DNA from: Negaprion brevirostris
Taxonomy: Eukaryota
DNA length: 64,000 nt
Reading direction: 5' to 3'
Assembly: GCA_030324005.1 (NCBI GenBank)
Contig: JARDVH010000157.1
Span: 23,750,136-23,814,135 of the forward strand
The notes under the pieces were generated by a model. It ran no database searches. It was not told where the DNA came from and saw only the letters and a program-made list of their open reading frames with translations. Position numbers and translations under genes: made by a program. Shown here piece by piece: positions 62,582 to 64,000 of this stretch. Every line of letters starts with the position of its first letter. The first letter of the stretch is position 1.

Positions 62582-62918
62582 ATCACAGAATCCCTACAGG
62601 GTAGGAGGCCATTCTGCCCATCAAGTCTGAACCAACTCTCCAACAGACTATCTTACCCAGGCCCTATTCCTGTAACCTCTCATATTTACCTTGCTAATTC
62701 CCTTACCTACACATCTTGGGACACTGATGGACAATTTAGCATGGCCAATCAATCTAACCTGCACATCTTTGAACTGTGGGAAGAAACTGGAGCACCCGGA
62801 TATAAACCCACACAGACATGGGGAGAATGTGCAAATTCCACACAGATAGTCATCAGAGGCCAGAATTCAACCCAGGTCCCTGGCACTGTGAGGCAGCAGT
62901 GCTAACCACTGTGCCACC
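62582..62918 (-). mobile_element. HE1-like V-SINE type A, inverted relative to its neighbour
   Basis: acagaatccctacag...aatttagcatggccaatc...gaggcagcagtgctaaccactgtgccacc. Confidence 0.9.
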
Positions 62919-63622
62919 TATGATGGCACAGAACTCATACTGTGAGGCCAAATTAGATTGACAACCCAATACAATGGCAAGAGGAAGATCTAGAGTTCCA
63001 GATCATAGATAAGACACAATGGCCCAGTTAGAGCAAGTCTAAAGCTGAGGCTGGTAACACTGAATGTGTTAGTATAAAAAGGGCTGAAACAGACCCCATA
63101 GAGAGGGAGACGATATTCAAGTAAATCACAATATGGTTGTGGATCACATCAGAGTAAACTGATGCATGAGCTGAAGGTAAATGACTGGTGAATAAATTTG
63201 AATGGCAAGATTTCAATCGAGCGTACACCTTTGAAAATGCACAATAAATTTCAATCAACCAAGCTGTGTGAGAATGCAATAAACAAATTTCAAGAATGCC
63301 ACAAAGATTGAAAGGTTGAAATTCCACAGCTGGCAACCCATAGTGGGACTTGAAAAAATTCAACCAGATATAACAGTGAGCATCTGTGCTCAACTAACAA
63401 AGCTGCTCCTGCACCACAATCGGGAAGAAGGAATCTCACCAGCTGAATTAAGTACAGAACTACCATCAAACCCAGAGGTCCATGTGTCCCCAGTAACTCA
63501 TATGGAACAATGGTTACCAAGGCAACAAATGCCATGGGAATGAAACCCGCTGGACAAAGGATGAACAGCCGATGTCAACGCATGTGAGTTCCATTAAGAG
63601 ACCTGTGTGCTTTAAAGGCTGT

Positions 63623-63748
63623 GGGCAGGATTTTCCAACTGTGCTCGCCCCAAGGCTGGAAATTCTTGCCCGAGATCAATGGACCTTTGCACGGTCTGTC
63701 CCCACCAGCTATGGTTCTTGTGGCAGGCGGGGCGGTAAAATTCCACCC
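63623..63748. mobile_element. Short MITE, second copy, with 3-bp TGT target-site duplication
   Basis: tgt|gggcaggatttt...aaaattccaccc|tgt. Confidence 0.65.
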
Positions 63749-64000
63749 TGTGTGTGAAATGCATGTGCATTAACTGATGAAGAACTATGTNNNNNNNNNN
63801 NNNNNNNNNNNNNNNNNNNNNNNNNNNNNNNNNNNNNNNNNNNNNNNNNNNNNNNNNNNNNNNNNNNNNNNNNNNNNNNNNNNNNNNNNNAAGGAGCTAT
63901 ATATAAGCATAGGCCTTTCTTTTTTAAAGCATTTCTTTCTGAGTTTCTTGACAAGCCAAGTTTCTAGGTTGTCATTTTGAACTTCTTATGAAAGCAAGTG

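Overview
Eukaryotic (vertebrate) genomic DNA, almost certainly a shark/elasmobranch judging by HE1-type V-SINEs, CR1 LINEs and Penelope relics, from a draft assembly with many N gaps. The main feature is the 3' part of FOXJ3 on the + strand. Nine GT-AG coding exons (5559 to the stop at 49773) join in frame from the end of the forkhead domain ([11 protein letters not shown]) to the C-terminus ([13 protein letters not shown]), followed by an apparently ~8.7 kb, repeat-poor 3'UTR. Two foreign gene 5' ends lie inside FOXJ3 introns. One is a CpG island with VPS9D1 coding exon 1 (11123-11215, +). The other is an antisense gene with a non-coding first exon and an uninterrupted coding exon of at least 761 codons (44121-41839, -), possibly RAI1/TCF20-like. 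Each is bounded by a repeat on one side and an exact 100-N gap on the other, so misassembly is a serious alternative to true nesting. The most novel-looking element is a ~300-bp, A-tailed retroposon with a U2 snRNA-derived head (two inverted copies, 24824-24908 and 26127-26423). It also has a second internal U2-like segment, an octamer and two repeated hairpin modules. Three families of Penelope-type repeats carry minimal hammerhead-ribozyme motifs. Nearly all short ORFs in the supplied track are spurious.
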